This document shows positions 38,896 to 48,305 of a stretch of DNA of 64,000 nucleotides, in pieces. The number at the start of each line of letters is the position of its first letter. Positions within the stretch are counted from its first letter, which is position 1. The notes below the pieces were generated by a model. It searched no databases. It had not been told where the DNA came from and saw only the letters and a list, made by a program, of their open reading frames with translations. A program made the translations under genes and the position numbers. Source of the DNA: Vicinamibacteria bacterium (GTDB lineage: Bacteria > Acidobacteriota > Vicinamibacteria > Marinacidobacterales > Marinacidobacteraceae); NCBI GenBank assembly GCA_963555995.3, contig OY821641.1:384001-448000 (forward strand). Direction: 5' to 3'.

Positions 38896-40127
38896 TCGCC
38901 GCCCCCGCCTACGACCTCGAAAAGGTCCGCAGCGACTTCCCGATCCTGTCCGAGGAGGTCCGCGGCCAGCGGATCGCCTACCTCGACAACGCCGCCAGTT
39001 CCCAGAAGCCGCGGGCGGTGCTTGACGCGGTGGACCACATCTACGAGACCGGCTACGCGAACATCCATCGCGGCGTCCACGTCCTCTCGGAGCGCGCGAC
39101 CGAGCACTACGAGCGCTCCCGGCGGCGGATGGCGAAGTTCATCGGGGCGCAGTCCAGCGACGAGGTGATCTTCGTGCGGGGCACCACCGAGGGGCTGAAC
39201 CTGGTCGCCTCGTCGCTCGGCCGCTACGCGCTCCGGGAAGGGGACGAGGTGCTGCTCACCGGGATGGAGCACCACTCGAACATCGTGCCCTGGCAGATGG
39301 TGGCGGAGCTGACCGGCGCGAAGGTGGTGGCCGCGCCGGTCACCGACCGGGGCGAGCTGGACATGGACGGCTTCGCGGCGCTGCTGAGCGACCGGACCCG
39401 GATCGTCTCGGTGGTCCACGTCTCGAACTCCCTCGGCACCGTGAACCCGGTGGGCGAGATCGCCCGGCTGGCGAAGGAACGCGGGGCCTACCTGGTGCTC
39501 GACGGCGCGCAGGCGGCGCCGCACCTCGCGATTGATGTGGCCGAACTCGGGTGCGACTTCTACTGCCTCTCGGGCCACAAGATGTACGGCCCTTCGGGGA
39601 TCGGGGTGCTCTGGGGGAGGAAGTCCCTGCTGGAGACGATCCCTCCGTACCAGGGCGGCGGCGAGATGATCCGCACGGTGAGCTTCGAGCGCACCACCTA
39701 CGCCGAACCGCCGGCCAAGTTCGAGGCGGGGACGCCCAACATCGCGGGCCCGGTGGGGCTGGCGGCGGCGGCCGACTACCTGGAGGGCCTCGGGATTCCC
39801 GAGGTGGCGGAGCACGAGTCGCGGGTCCGCGAGGTCGCGGAAGCGCGGCTCGCCGAGATCCCCGGCCTCCGCATCGTGGGGACCGCGCCCGAGAAGGCGG
39901 CGGTGGTCTCCTTCGTGGTGGACGGGGTGCACCCGCACGACCTCGGGACCGTGCTGGACCAGGAGGGGGTCGCGGTGCGCACCGGCCACCACTGCACCCA
40001 GCCGCTCATGGAGCGGTTCGGGGTGCCGGCGACCGCGCGGGCTTCCTTCGGCCTCTACAACACCGAGGCCGAGGTGGACCGGCTGGCTGCCGGGCTCCGC
40101 ACCGCGCTGGAGATCTTCCGCCCGTGA
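38892..40127 (+). CDS. sufS: Cysteine desulfurase SufS
   Basis: YLDNAASSQKP, MEHHSNIVPW, SGHKMYGP, RTGHHC.QP; ATGA overlap. Confidence 0.96.
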   Translation: MIAAPAYDLEKVRSDFPILSEEVRGQRIAYLDNAASSQKPRAVLDAVDHIYETGYANIHRGVHVLSERATEHYERSRRRMAKFIGAQSSDEVIFVRGTTEGLNLVASSLGRYALREGDEVLLTGMEHHSNIVPWQMVAELTGAKVVAAPVTDRGELDMDGFAALLSDRTRIVSVVHVSNSLGTVNPVGEIARLAKERGAYLVLDGAQAAPHLAIDVAELGCDFYCLSGHKMYGPSGIGVLWGRKSLLETIPPYQGGGEMIRTVSFERTTYAEPPAKFEAGTPNIAGPVGLAAAADYLEGLGIPEVAEHESRVREVAEARLAEIPGLRIVGTAPEKAAVVSFVVDGVHPHDLGTVLDQEGVAVRTGHHCTQPLMERFGVPATARASFGLYNTEAEVDRLAAGLRTALEIFRP

Positions 40128-40573
40128 ACGACGCGCTCCGCGACCTCTACCGGGAGGTCATCCTCGACCACAGCCGCCGGCCGCGGAACTACGGGGCGAT
40201 GGACGCCGCCAACCGGCAGTCGGACGGCTTCAACCCGCTCTGCGGGGACCGGCTGCGCCTCTTCCTGCAGGTGGAGGACGGCGCCGTCCGGCAGGCGTCC
40301 TTCGTGGGGGACGGCTGCGCGATCTCGACCGCCTCCGCCTCCCTGCTGACGGAGATGATGCGGGGCCGCCCCGAGGACGAGGCGCTGCGTCTCGTCGAGG
40401 ACTTCCGCAGCATGGTCTCCGGGGAGAGCGAGCCCGACGACGAGGCCCTCGGCAAGCTGACCGTGTTCGCCGGGGTGCGCGACTACCCGACGCGCGTCAA
40501 GTGCGCGACGCTCGCGTGGCACACCCTGCGGGCGGCCATCGAACAGACCGCAGAGACGGTCAAGACGGAGTAA
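40124..40573 (+). CDS. sufU: SUF system NifU-family protein SufU
   Basis: LYREVILDH...PRN.G, NPLCGD, GCAISTAS, RVKCATLAW; GTGA overlap. Confidence 0.94.
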   Translation: MNDALRDLYREVILDHSRRPRNYGAMDAANRQSDGFNPLCGDRLRLFLQVEDGAVRQASFVGDGCAISTASASLLTEMMRGRPEDEALRLVEDFRSMVSGESEPDDEALGKLTVFAGVRDYPTRVKCATLAWHTLRAAIEQTAETVKTE

Positions 40574-40577
40574 CCAC

Positions 40578-40916
40578 ATGACCGAAGAAGCCACCAACGG
40601 AACCGAGAACGGCGAGGGGCTCCGCGAGCAGGTCGTGGACGTGCTGAAGACCTGCTACGACCCCGAGATCCCGGTGGACATCTACGAGCTCGGCCTCATC
40701 TACAAGGTGGACGTGGACGATGGCGGCAAGGTGGCGGTGGACATGACGCTCACCTCGCCCGCCTGCCCGGTCGCGGGCACCCTGCCGCCCGAGGTGGAGC
40801 AAAAGATCAGCCGCCTCGACGGCGTCTCGAACGTCCGCGTGGACCTCGTCTGGGACCCCCCGTGGAACCCCGACCGCATGTCCGAAGCCGCCAAGCTCAA
40901 ACTCGGCTTCCTCTAA
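40578..40916 (+). CDS. sufT: DUF59 Fe-S assembly protein (SufT)
   Basis: YDPEIPVDIYELGLIY, MTLTSPACP, LVWDPPW..DRMSE.AKL.LG. Confidence 0.92.
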   Translation: MTEEATNGTENGEGLREQVVDVLKTCYDPEIPVDIYELGLIYKVDVDDGGKVAVDMTLTSPACPVAGTLPPEVEQKISRLDGVSNVRVDLVWDPPWNPDRMSEAAKLKLGFL

Positions 40917-40925
40917 GGACGCGCC

Positions 40926-41385
40926 GGCCTGGAACGCCGGTCTCCAGACCGGCGCGCGCGGTGCTCCGGACCGCGCCCGGCGCACCTTCCCTCCCCCCTC
41001 GCCACGCGAACGGCCTGAAACACCGGTCTCCAGACCGGCACACGCGGTGCTCCGGACCGCGCCCGGCTCACCTTCCCTCCCCCCTCCCCACGCGAACGGC
41101 TTGGAACGCCGGTCTCCAGACCGGCACGCGCGGTTCTCCGCACCGCGCCCGGCGCACCTTCCCTCCCCCCTCCCCACGCGAACGGCTTGGAACGCCGGTC
41201 TCCAGACCGGCACGCGCGGTGCTTCGCAACGCGCACGGCGCGACTTCCACACGCAGGGTGTTTCTTTCCTCCGCGTTCACCCGAACGAGCCGGATGTTGC
41301 CGTACTGCGTCCCCGTGGAGGCGGATAGCGTCACGTCGTCCGCGGGCCTTCGGCCCGCTGTGCCGGTCTGGAGACCGGCGTTCCC
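40926..41385. repeat. 86-bp tandem repeat (about 3.5 copies), each with a REP palindrome, plus one inverted REP (BIME-like)
   Basis: Units start at 40926, 41012, 41098 and 41184 (tggaacgccggtctccagaccggc...ccttccctcccccct); inverted copy at about 41360-41385. Confidence 0.88.
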
Positions 41386-41401
41386 GGCGCTCCCGGCCCG
41401 A

Positions 41402-42673
41402 TTACGCCGCGGCCAGCGCCTGGTCGAGGTCCTCGAGGATGTCGCTGATGTGCTCGATGCCGACGGAGAGCCGGATGGCCTCGGGCCGGACGCCGACGTG
41501 CAACTGCTCCTCTTCGGTGAGCTGGCGGTGGGTGGTGGACGCCGGGTGGCAGGCGAGCGACTTGGCGTCGCCGATGTTGACCAGCCGCTTGAAGAGCCCG
41601 AGGGCGTCGTAGAACCGCACCCCGGCCTCGTATCCGCCCTCGACGCCGAAGGTGAGGATGCCGGAGGCCGTTCCGTTCAGGTACTTGACGGCCAGGTCGT
41701 GGTACCGGTCGCCGGGCAGTCCCGCGTAGTGGACCCACGCGACTCTGGGATGGTCCCGGAGGTGCTCGGCCACCGCCAGCGCGTTCTCGCAGTGGCGTTC
41801 CATCCGCAGGCCGAGGGTCTCGATGCCCTGCATGATCTGGAACGCGTTGAACGGCGAGATGGCGGAACCGGTGTTCCGCAGCGGCACCGTGCGGGCGCGG
41901 CCGATGTAGGCGGCGGGGCCCAGCGCCTCGGTGTACACCACGCCGTGGTAGCTCGGCTCGGGGGTGGTGAACATTGGGTAGCGCTCCGCGAACTCCGTCC
42001 AGGGGAACTGGCCCGAGTCCACGATGGCGCCGCCGAGCGAGCTGCCGTGGCCGCCCATGTACTTGGTCAGGGAGTGGACGACGATGTCCACGCCGTGCTC
42101 GACCGGCTTCAGCAGCGCCGGGGTCGCCACCGTGTTGTCCACGATGGTGACGATGCCGTGGGCGCGGGCCATCGCGGCGACCGCCGCGAGATCCACGATG
42201 TTGCCCGCCGGGTTGCCGATGCTCTCGCAGAAGACGGCCTTCGTGCGGCCGTCAATCAGCTTGGCGAGGTCGTCCGGGCTGTCGCCCTCGGCGAACCGCA
42301 CCTCGATGCCCTGCTGGGGCAGCATGTGGGCGAAGAGGGTGTAGGTGCCGCCGTAGAGCTGCGGGACGGAGACGATGTTGTCGCCCGCGACCGCGAGGTT
42401 GAGGATCGAGTAGTTGACCGCGGCGCTGCCCGAGGACAGCGCGAGGGCGGCGACGCCCCGCTCGAGCTGGGCCACCCGCTCCTCGAGGACCGCCTGGGTG
42501 GGGTTCATGATGCGGGTGTAGATGTTCCCGGGGACCGCGAGATCGAAGAGGTCGGCGCCGTGCCGGGCATCGTCGAACTCGTAGGCCACGGTCTGGTAGA
42601 TGGGTACGGCGACCGCGTGGGTCGTCGGTTCGGATTCGTATCCGACGTGGATGGCGATGGTTTCGTCACGCAT
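41402..42673 (-). CDS. metY: O-acetylhomoserine aminocarboxypropyltransferase (sulfhydrylase)
   Basis: PIYQT, GNIYTRIMNPT, LYGGTY, VDNT, HSLTKYMGGHG, NIGDAKSL..HPASTTHRQL. Confidence 0.93.
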   Translation of the reverse strand: MRDETIAIHVGYESEPTTHAVAVPIYQTVAYEFDDARHGADLFDLAVPGNIYTRIMNPTQAVLEERVAQLERGVAALALSSGSAAVNYSILNLAVAGDNIVSVPQLYGGTYTLFAHMLPQQGIEVRFAEGDSPDDLAKLIDGRTKAVFCESIGNPAGNIVDLAAVAAMARAHGIVTIVDNTVATPALLKPVEHGVDIVVHSLTKYMGGHGSSLGGAIVDSGQFPWTEFAERYPMFTTPEPSYHGVVYTEALGPAAYIGRARTVPLRNTGSAISPFNAFQIMQGIETLGLRMERHCENALAVAEHLRDHPRVAWVHYAGLPGDRYHDLAVKYLNGTASGILTFGVEGGYEAGVRFYDALGLFKRLVNIGDAKSLACHPASTTHRQLTEEEQLHVGVRPEAIRLSVGIEHISDILEDLDQALAAA

Positions 42674-43781
42674 GGGGTCTCTCCTGGGGGTGGGGACGTT
42701 GCCGGCCCGGAGCGGGCGCGGGAGGAAGGGCGGCGGGATGCCGCGAAGGGGAAAAGAGGGGGTTGGCGGCCGTGCTCAGGCACAGCTCCGCGTTCGCGAG
42801 ACAGGCGCCCGCCGCGCCGCGCACGCCGTTGTGCGAGACGACGACGAGGGCGAGATCGTGCGGAGGGCCGGCGCTGCGGACCCTGCCGACGCTGACGGCC
42901 ATGCCGCCGGCGGCGTCGCGGTCGAGGCGCGGCTGCGGGCGGTCGGGTTCGGTGCGGACGACGAGGGGCCGGGCGGGAACGGAGGGCAGGACGGCGGCGG
43001 CGGGCGGGCGGAAGTCCCGGAGCGCCCGCGCCGCATCGCCGGCCGAGGCGGGACGGCGGAGCGAGGCGAAGACGTGCGCCAGGTGGCCGTCGAGAACGGG
43101 GACCCGGTTCACGGCGGCGGTGACGGCGAGGTCGGCGCCTAAGACCTTGCGGAGTTCGGGCCCCAGCTTCTCCTCTTCGCCCGGAATCCACGGGATCGCG
43201 TTGCCGACGACCGCCACGGCGCCCACGCCGTTCCGTCCCGCCCCGGAGACCGCCTGCAGGGTGACGACGGTCACCGCCTCGATCCCGAAGGCCCGGTGGA
43301 GCGGCGCGAGCGCCAGGGCGAGCCCCGCGACCACGCAGTTGGGGTTGGCGACGAGGGCGCCGCCCGTTCCGGCCCACGGCTGGGAGCGCGCGGCGTCCAC
43401 CGCCCGCGGGTTCACCTCCGGGACGACGAGCGGGACGTGGTCGTCCAGCCGGTGGGCCGACGCGTTGGTGCAGACGATGTGTCCCGCCCGGGCGAGGGCC
43501 GGCTCCGTCTCCTTCGCGGCGGACGAAGGAAGCGCCGACAGGACGAGCGGGCTCCGCAGCGCCGCTCCGGGACCCAGCACTTCGAGTTCGGCGGCGGGCG
43601 CCGGAGGACCCTCGCCGGCCCCCCACGCGACCGCTTCCCCGTAGCGCCGTCCCGCCGAGCGTTCGGACCCGGCCACCTCCGCCAGGCGGAACCACGGGTG
43701 CGCCTCCAGCATCCGCACGAGGCGCTGGCCGACGATGCCCGTGGCGCCGACCACCGCGGTGGGGATTCGGGCGGCGGTCAT
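42666..43781 (-). CDS. asd: Aspartate-semialdehyde dehydrogenase
   Basis: VGATGIVGQR, NASAHR...VPLVVPEVN, ANPNC, QAVSGAG, RVPVLDGH, DRPQPRLD, SHNGVRGAAG. Confidence 0.92.
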   Translation of the reverse strand: MTAARIPTAVVGATGIVGQRLVRMLEAHPWFRLAEVAGSERSAGRRYGEAVAWGAGEGPPAPAAELEVLGPGAALRSPLVLSALPSSAAKETEPALARAGHIVCTNASAHRLDDHVPLVVPEVNPRAVDAARSQPWAGTGGALVANPNCVVAGLALALAPLHRAFGIEAVTVVTLQAVSGAGRNGVGAVAVVGNAIPWIPGEEEKLGPELRKVLGADLAVTAAVNRVPVLDGHLAHVFASLRRPASAGDAARALRDFRPPAAAVLPSVPARPLVVRTEPDRPQPRLDRDAAGGMAVSVGRVRSAGPPHDLALVVVSHNGVRGAAGACLANAELCLSTAANPLFSPSRHPAALPPAPAPGRQRPHPQERPHA

Positions 43782-44638
43782 CGTGCTGCCGCCCTCTCGC
43801 CGGGGTAGCCCGACGCCGGCCAGCGCCCGGTTGGCGCGGCGTCGGCCGCCGGCGCTCCGACCCGGGTTCCCGCGCCCCCGGGTCCCGTGACCCGGAAGCC
43901 CAGCCGGCGGCGCTCCGCGTAGGCGAGCGCCTTGGGCTGCACCACCCCGCCGCCGACCCGGCGCGCCGCGTCCCAGGTCAGCGCCGCGTACGGCGCCCCG
44001 CCGTCGCGGCCGCGCGGGTCCTCGGGAAAGATGCCGTCCACGTCCTTGACGAGACGGATCTCGGAGGCCCCCAGCGCGTCGCCGAGGAACAGCGCGGTCA
44101 GGTCCGAGCCTCCCCGTCCCAGCAGGGAGGGAACGCCGGAGGCGTCCCGGCCGACGAAGCCGGGAAAGACCAGCGCGTCGCGCGTCCGGAGCGCCCGGCG
44201 GATCCGGGCGGTGTCCACGTCCACCGGCTCGGCGTCGTCGAGGGGGCCGCGCGTCCGCACCGGCAGCCGCGAGGCGCTGACCCCCGCCGCGCGCACCCCG
44301 TCGGCGACGAGCGCCAGGGTGAGCAGCGCCACCGACGCCTCCTCGCCCGTCGCGAGCAGCGCCCCGATCTGCGTTTCCGGCGGCGCCGCGGTGATCGCGC
44401 GGGCCGCCGCGAGCAGGGTGTCCGTGGTCCGGCCCATGGCGGAGACCACCGCGACGACCCGGCGGCCGCGGGCGATCTCGGCGGCGATCACCGCGGCGGT
44501 GTCCCGGTAGTCGTCCGGCCGCGCCAGGATCGAGGAGCCGAACTTCAGGACGGACAGCGGGGCCTCGTCCGAGGAGACCGTCGCTCGGTTCCCGTTGCGG
44601 GCCGCCGGGTGGATTCCGGCGGGACGGACTCCGTTCAT
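43778..44638 (-). CDS. lysC: Aspartate kinase (amino-acid kinase domain only, no ACT domains)
   Basis: VLKFGSS, VAVVSAMG.TTD, LGRGGSDLTA, KDVDG...DP; the protein ends shortly after the kinase domain. Confidence 0.8.
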   Translation of the reverse strand: MNGVRPAGIHPAARNGNRATVSSDEAPLSVLKFGSSILARPDDYRDTAAVIAAEIARGRRVVAVVSAMGRTTDTLLAAARAITAAPPETQIGALLATGEEASVALLTLALVADGVRAAGVSASRLPVRTRGPLDDAEPVDVDTARIRRALRTRDALVFPGFVGRDASGVPSLLGRGGSDLTALFLGDALGASEIRLVKDVDGIFPEDPRGRDGGAPYAALTWDAARRVGGGVVQPKALAYAERRRLGFRVTGPGGAGTRVGAPAADAAPTGRWPASGYPGERAAAR

Positions 44639-45000
44639 TGCAGGCGGCTCTCTTGGCGGGACGGACCGGTCGGCGCGCCGCCGTCCGCGGAGCAAGCCTC
44701 CTCCAGCAACCCGCGGGTCGCGGCGGTCGCCCCGTCCAGCGCCCAGCGGACGGATTCGAGCCGCGCCGCCAGCGACGCCGCGCCCTTCCGCCGTTCCGGA
44801 GTGGCGTGGCGCGGCCCGGCGACCTCAAGCGCGAGCCGGAGGTCCCGGAGCAGTTCCCCGAGATCGCTGATCGCCGCGCCGCAGGCGACGAAGCTCACCG
44901 AGGTCGCCGAGACGGACTCGGCGAGCGCCTCGTCCGGGTGCTTCTCGGGCGGACCCGGATGGCTGGCGGGCAGGACCGCGAGGTCGGGTTGGTGGGGCAT
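44635..45000 (-). CDS. Hypothetical protein, first gene under the SAM riboswitch
   Basis: RBS gaggag before ATG 45000; the stop overlaps the aspartokinase ATG (ATGA). Confidence 0.55.
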   Translation of the reverse strand: MPHQPDLAVLPASHPGPPEKHPDEALAESVSATSVSFVACGAAISDLGELLRDLRLALEVAGPRHATPERRKGAASLAARLESVRWALDGATAATRGLLEEACSADGGAPTGPSRQESRLQ

Positions 45001-45008
45001 GGCGTCTT

Positions 45009-45032
45009 CTCCTCGGAGTCACATCCGAGGAG
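45009..45032 (-). promoter_or_regulatory. RBS-sequestering hairpin (riboswitch expression platform)
   Basis: CUCCUCGGA-ugugac-UCCGAGGAG; the 3' arm contains the GAGGAG RBS. Confidence 0.65.
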
Positions 45033-45046
45033 GGCCGAGGCCCCGT

Positions 45047-45146
45047 GGGTCCGCTTGGTTGCCTGGCGGCCACATCTCCGGTCTTGGAACGCCACCTTGC
45101 CCGGACCGGGCAGGTTGGCGGGGGTTGCCCCCCTCTGGATGCTGGG
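45047..45146 (-). ncRNA. SAM-I/IV-type riboswitch
   Basis: Minus strand CAUCCAGAG-P2(ggggg caa ccccc)-GCCAACC-P3-AAGGUGGC-P4(ucc aagacc gga)-GAUG-P5(gcc gcca ggc)-cggacc, complementary to the P3 apex gguccg (PK2). It lies upstream of the methionine genes. Confidence 0.82.
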
Positions 45147-45257
45147 CGGCAGGTTAGCCCGCGCTCCCCCGGAACGCCAATTCCCCGCACGACGTCGGTC
45201 GGTGACGGAATCCCATTGAAGTAGGTAAATTCAATTTTAGATTTACAATCTGCATGG

Positions 45258-46427
45258 ATGATCCCCCGCCGAGCCCTTGCGGACGTGCGATCCGCCCTCC
45301 GCCGCCAGGCCGCCGTAGCCGTCCTCGGCCCGCGTCAGGCGGGGAAGACGACGCTGGCGCTCCAGATCGCCGAGGAGCGGGACGCCGTCTATCTCGACCT
45401 CCAGACGCCCGACGACCGCCGCCGGCTCGCCGACGCGACGGCGTTCCTCGAAGCGAACCGGGACCGGCTGGTCATCCTCGACGAGATCCATCGCGTTCCG
45501 GAACTCTTCGAACAGCTTCGCGGGATCATTGATCGCGGCCGCCGGACCGGACAGGGCAGGGGCCGCTTCCTGATTCTGGGGTCCGCTTCGCTCCTGCTGC
45601 TGAAACAGTCGGAAAGCCTCGCCGGCCGGCTCGCCCATGTGGAACTGCACCCGCTGGACGTTCTCGAGGTTGGAGGCGGCGCGGGCGAGGCAAGAAAGCT
45701 GTGGCTGCGCGGCGGGTTCCCTCTCAGCTTTCTCGCCGGGACCGACGAGGAGAGCGTCCGCTGGCGAAGAGAGCTCCTGCTGGCAACGATCCACCGCGAC
45801 GTTCCCGAGTTCGGCTGGAGCATTCCGCCTTCGACGCTGGACGACCTCTTCACCATGCTCGCCCACGGCCAGGGCGCGACCGCCAACGCCTCGAAGCTCG
45901 CCGCCAACCTCTCGCTCAGCGCGCCGACGATCCAGCGATATCTCAACCTGCTGTGCGACCTCCACCTCCTCCGCCTCCTGCGGCCGTACCGGCGCAATGT
46001 TCTCAAGCGCCTGGTCAAGGCCCCGAAGGCGTATCTGCGTGACAGCGGCCTCGTACATTCGCAACTCGGCATCCTCGACTATCACGGCGTCGCCGGCCAT
46101 CCCGTCGTCGGCGCGAGCTGGGAGGGATTCGTGATCGAAAACCTGCTCGCGGCCGCCCCCTTCGGCACGCGGCCGTTCTGGTACCGCACCGCCGGCGGGG
46201 CCGAAATGGATCTGGTCCTGGAGATTCCGGGCCGCGGCCGGCCCTGGGCGGTCGAGATCAAGTACGGACGCGCGCCGCGGCCGGCCCGGGGTTTCTTCAC
46301 CGCGCTGGAGGATCTCAAGCCCGAACGGGCGTTCGTCGTCCACTCGGGGGAAGACCGCTACCCGCTGCGGGAGGGCGTCGAGGCGATCGGCCTCCGGGAC
46401 CTCGCGGGCCTGCTCGCTTCCGGGTAG
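45258..46427 (+). CDS. AAA_14 ATPase with DUF4143 domain
   Basis: GPRQAGKTT, ILDEIH, LILGSAS, ESLAGR, LWLRGGFP, KRLVKAPK.YLRDSG, EMDLV, AVEIK. Confidence 0.9.
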   Translation: MIPRRALADVRSALRRQAAVAVLGPRQAGKTTLALQIAEERDAVYLDLQTPDDRRRLADATAFLEANRDRLVILDEIHRVPELFEQLRGIIDRGRRTGQGRGRFLILGSASLLLLKQSESLAGRLAHVELHPLDVLEVGGGAGEARKLWLRGGFPLSFLAGTDEESVRWRRELLLATIHRDVPEFGWSIPPSTLDDLFTMLAHGQGATANASKLAANLSLSAPTIQRYLNLLCDLHLLRLLRPYRRNVLKRLVKAPKAYLRDSGLVHSQLGILDYHGVAGHPVVGASWEGFVIENLLAAAPFGTRPFWYRTAGGAEMDLVLEIPGRGRPWAVEIKYGRAPRPARGFFTALEDLKPERAFVVHSGEDRYPLREGVEAIGLRDLAGLLASG

Positions 46428-46515
46428 CCGGCGCCGCCCGGATGGCCGCGGTGTTGGGTGACGATGAGGAGTACCGCTTCAGAGTGTCATGTCCCGGTCG
46501 GCGAATGCCGCCGGT

Positions 46516-47283
46516 TCAGTCGCGGTCCGGCGGCCCTTGCCTCGCCAGCCGCACCACCTCGTCGAAGATGAGCTGGTCGAGGGTGTGACCCATGCGCTCC
46601 GGGTGCCACTGCACCGCGAGACAGGGCCAGCCGGCGCCCGGCGCCGATCCGTTGTATTCCACCGCCTCGACGATCCCGTCGGGCGCGTGGGCGACCGGAA
46701 CGAGCCCCTGGCCGAGGCGGTCCACCGCCTGGTGGTGGATGCTGTTCACGTCGCGCTCGGTGGTTCCGAGGATGCGGCCCAACCGGCTCTCGGCCTGGAT
46801 GGTCACCGGGTGCCGGAAGGCGACGGCGTCGGCGGGCACGCCGGGGATGGGCGGGTGGTGCGCGCGGTCGGTGATGTCCTGGTGGAGCGTGCCGCCGAGG
46901 GCGATGTTGAGCGCCTGCATGCCGCGGCAGATGCCGAAGAAGGGCAGGCCGGCGTCGCGGGCGGCGAGGGTGAGCGCGACGTCCCAGGCGTCCTCCTGGG
47001 GATCCATGTCCGCGCTCACTCCTTCGTCGTGATCGGTGTACGCCGAGGGGGCGAAGTCGCCGCCGCCGGTGAGGACCAGCGCGTCCACGGAGGCGATGGC
47101 GTCGGCGGCGGCGTTGAGCGGGGCCGGGGGCAGGATGATGGGGATGCCGCCGGCGAGGCGGACGCAGTCCACGTACTCCTCGGCGAGGGTGAAGAGCTGC
47201 TCCGGGTCGCCGACGATGGTGTGCACCGGGCGCTTCCAGGGCGTGAGGCCGATGCGCGGGCGGATGGGTGTTGGGCGACTCAT
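46516..47283 (-). CDS. puuD: Gamma-glutamyl-gamma-aminobutyrate hydrolase family (peptidase C26)
   Basis: LTGGGD, FGICRGMQALN.A.GGTLHQD, VNSIHHQAV, VQWHPE. Confidence 0.88.
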   Translation of the reverse strand: MSRPTPIRPRIGLTPWKRPVHTIVGDPEQLFTLAEEYVDCVRLAGGIPIILPPAPLNAAADAIASVDALVLTGGGDFAPSAYTDHDEGVSADMDPQEDAWDVALTLAARDAGLPFFGICRGMQALNIALGGTLHQDITDRAHHPPIPGVPADAVAFRHPVTIQAESRLGRILGTTERDVNSIHHQAVDRLGQGLVPVAHAPDGIVEAVEYNGSAPGAGWPCLAVQWHPERMGHTLDQLIFDEVVRLARQGPPDRD

Positions 47284-48011
47284 CGCGCCGCCGCCCGCGG
47301 GGGACGGATCCCCCGGAACTCCCAGTCGCCGCCGAGCGCGGTGGAGCGGACTTCCTCGGATTCGGTGGGTTGGGCGCCGTAGCCCACGGGAATCCCCGTT
47401 TCGCCGGCCACGATGGGATTCACCAGGCGCCCGAGCCCGTCCACTTCGACCGCGACCTCGTCACCGGGCTCCACGGGCCGCGAACCGGCCGGCGTGCCGG
47501 TGAAGACCAGATCGCCGGGGAGCAGGGTGTGCGTCCGCGCGATGTCCGCGATCAGGTAGTGCGGATCCCACTGCATCTCGTCGGTGTTGCCCGACTGCCG
47601 CACCTCGCCGTTCACGAGCGTCCGGATCGAGCGCCCCCGGAAGTCCCAGCCCGACACCAGCTCGTCCAGCACGGGACAGAGGGTGTCCGCTCCCTTCACG
47701 CGAAGCATCGAACCGGCGTCGGTGTCCCGGAAGTCGTGCAGCCCGAAGTCATTGCCGACGGTGTAGCCGGCGACGAAGCGCCCGGCGTCCTGGGGCTCGA
47801 TTCCCCGGCAGCGCGCTCCGATCACCGCAACGATCTCTCCCTCGAAGTTCAGGTAGCGGCAGCCCCGCGGGCGGACCACCGGTTCACCGCTCCGGATCAG
47901 GGCGGAGGGCGGCTTCAGGAAGTAGGTGGGCGCTTTCGGAAGCCGTGCTCCGAATTCCTCGACGCGGCTGCGGTAGTTGAGATGAACACAAACGATCTTG
48001 CTCGGGTTCAT
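47280..48011 (-). CDS. Fumarylacetoacetate hydrolase family protein
   Basis: KIVCVHLNY, FLKPPS, FEGEI, GYTVGND, KG.DT..P, L.PGD...TGTPAG. Confidence 0.9.
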   Translation of the reverse strand: MNPSKIVCVHLNYRSRVEEFGARLPKAPTYFLKPPSALIRSGEPVVRPRGCRYLNFEGEIVAVIGARCRGIEPQDAGRFVAGYTVGNDFGLHDFRDTDAGSMLRVKGADTLCPVLDELVSGWDFRGRSIRTLVNGEVRQSGNTDEMQWDPHYLIADIARTHTLLPGDLVFTGTPAGSRPVEPGDEVAVEVDGLGRLVNPIVAGETGIPVGYGAQPTESEEVRSTALGGDWEFRGIRPPRAAAR

Positions 48012-48111
48012 CGGAACCGGGGAGCCTACATTAGGTGGGGAAGACGGCCCACGGCGTCTTTTGCGGTTTGGTCTTCCTGTGCGCTCCACCGGTCATGAAA
48101 GTGGCGGACAC

Positions 48112-48278
48112 GGCTGGGAACGCCGGCTTCAGCCGGCACAGCGGGCCGAAGGCCCGCGGATGTCGTACCGCTATTCGCGGTGATGGAGCGCGAGCCGAGC
48201 GTCATCGGGCAGGTCAGCGTCGTGCCGCGCGCTGCGCTTCGCGCAGCGGGTGCCGGCTGAAGCCGGCGCTCCAAGCCG
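48112..48278. repeat. REPIN (inverted REP pair)
   Basis: gggaacgccggcttcagccggcac ... gtgccggctgaagccggcgctccaagccg. Confidence 0.8.
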
Positions 48279-48305
48279 TACGCGCCACCTCGGCGTACCA
48301 TCCGG

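Noticed and set aside
40926-41240. CRISPR-like array of REP repeats
   Set aside because: The intervening sequences are near-identical, so this is a tandem duplication; the same palindrome is dispersed elsewhere.
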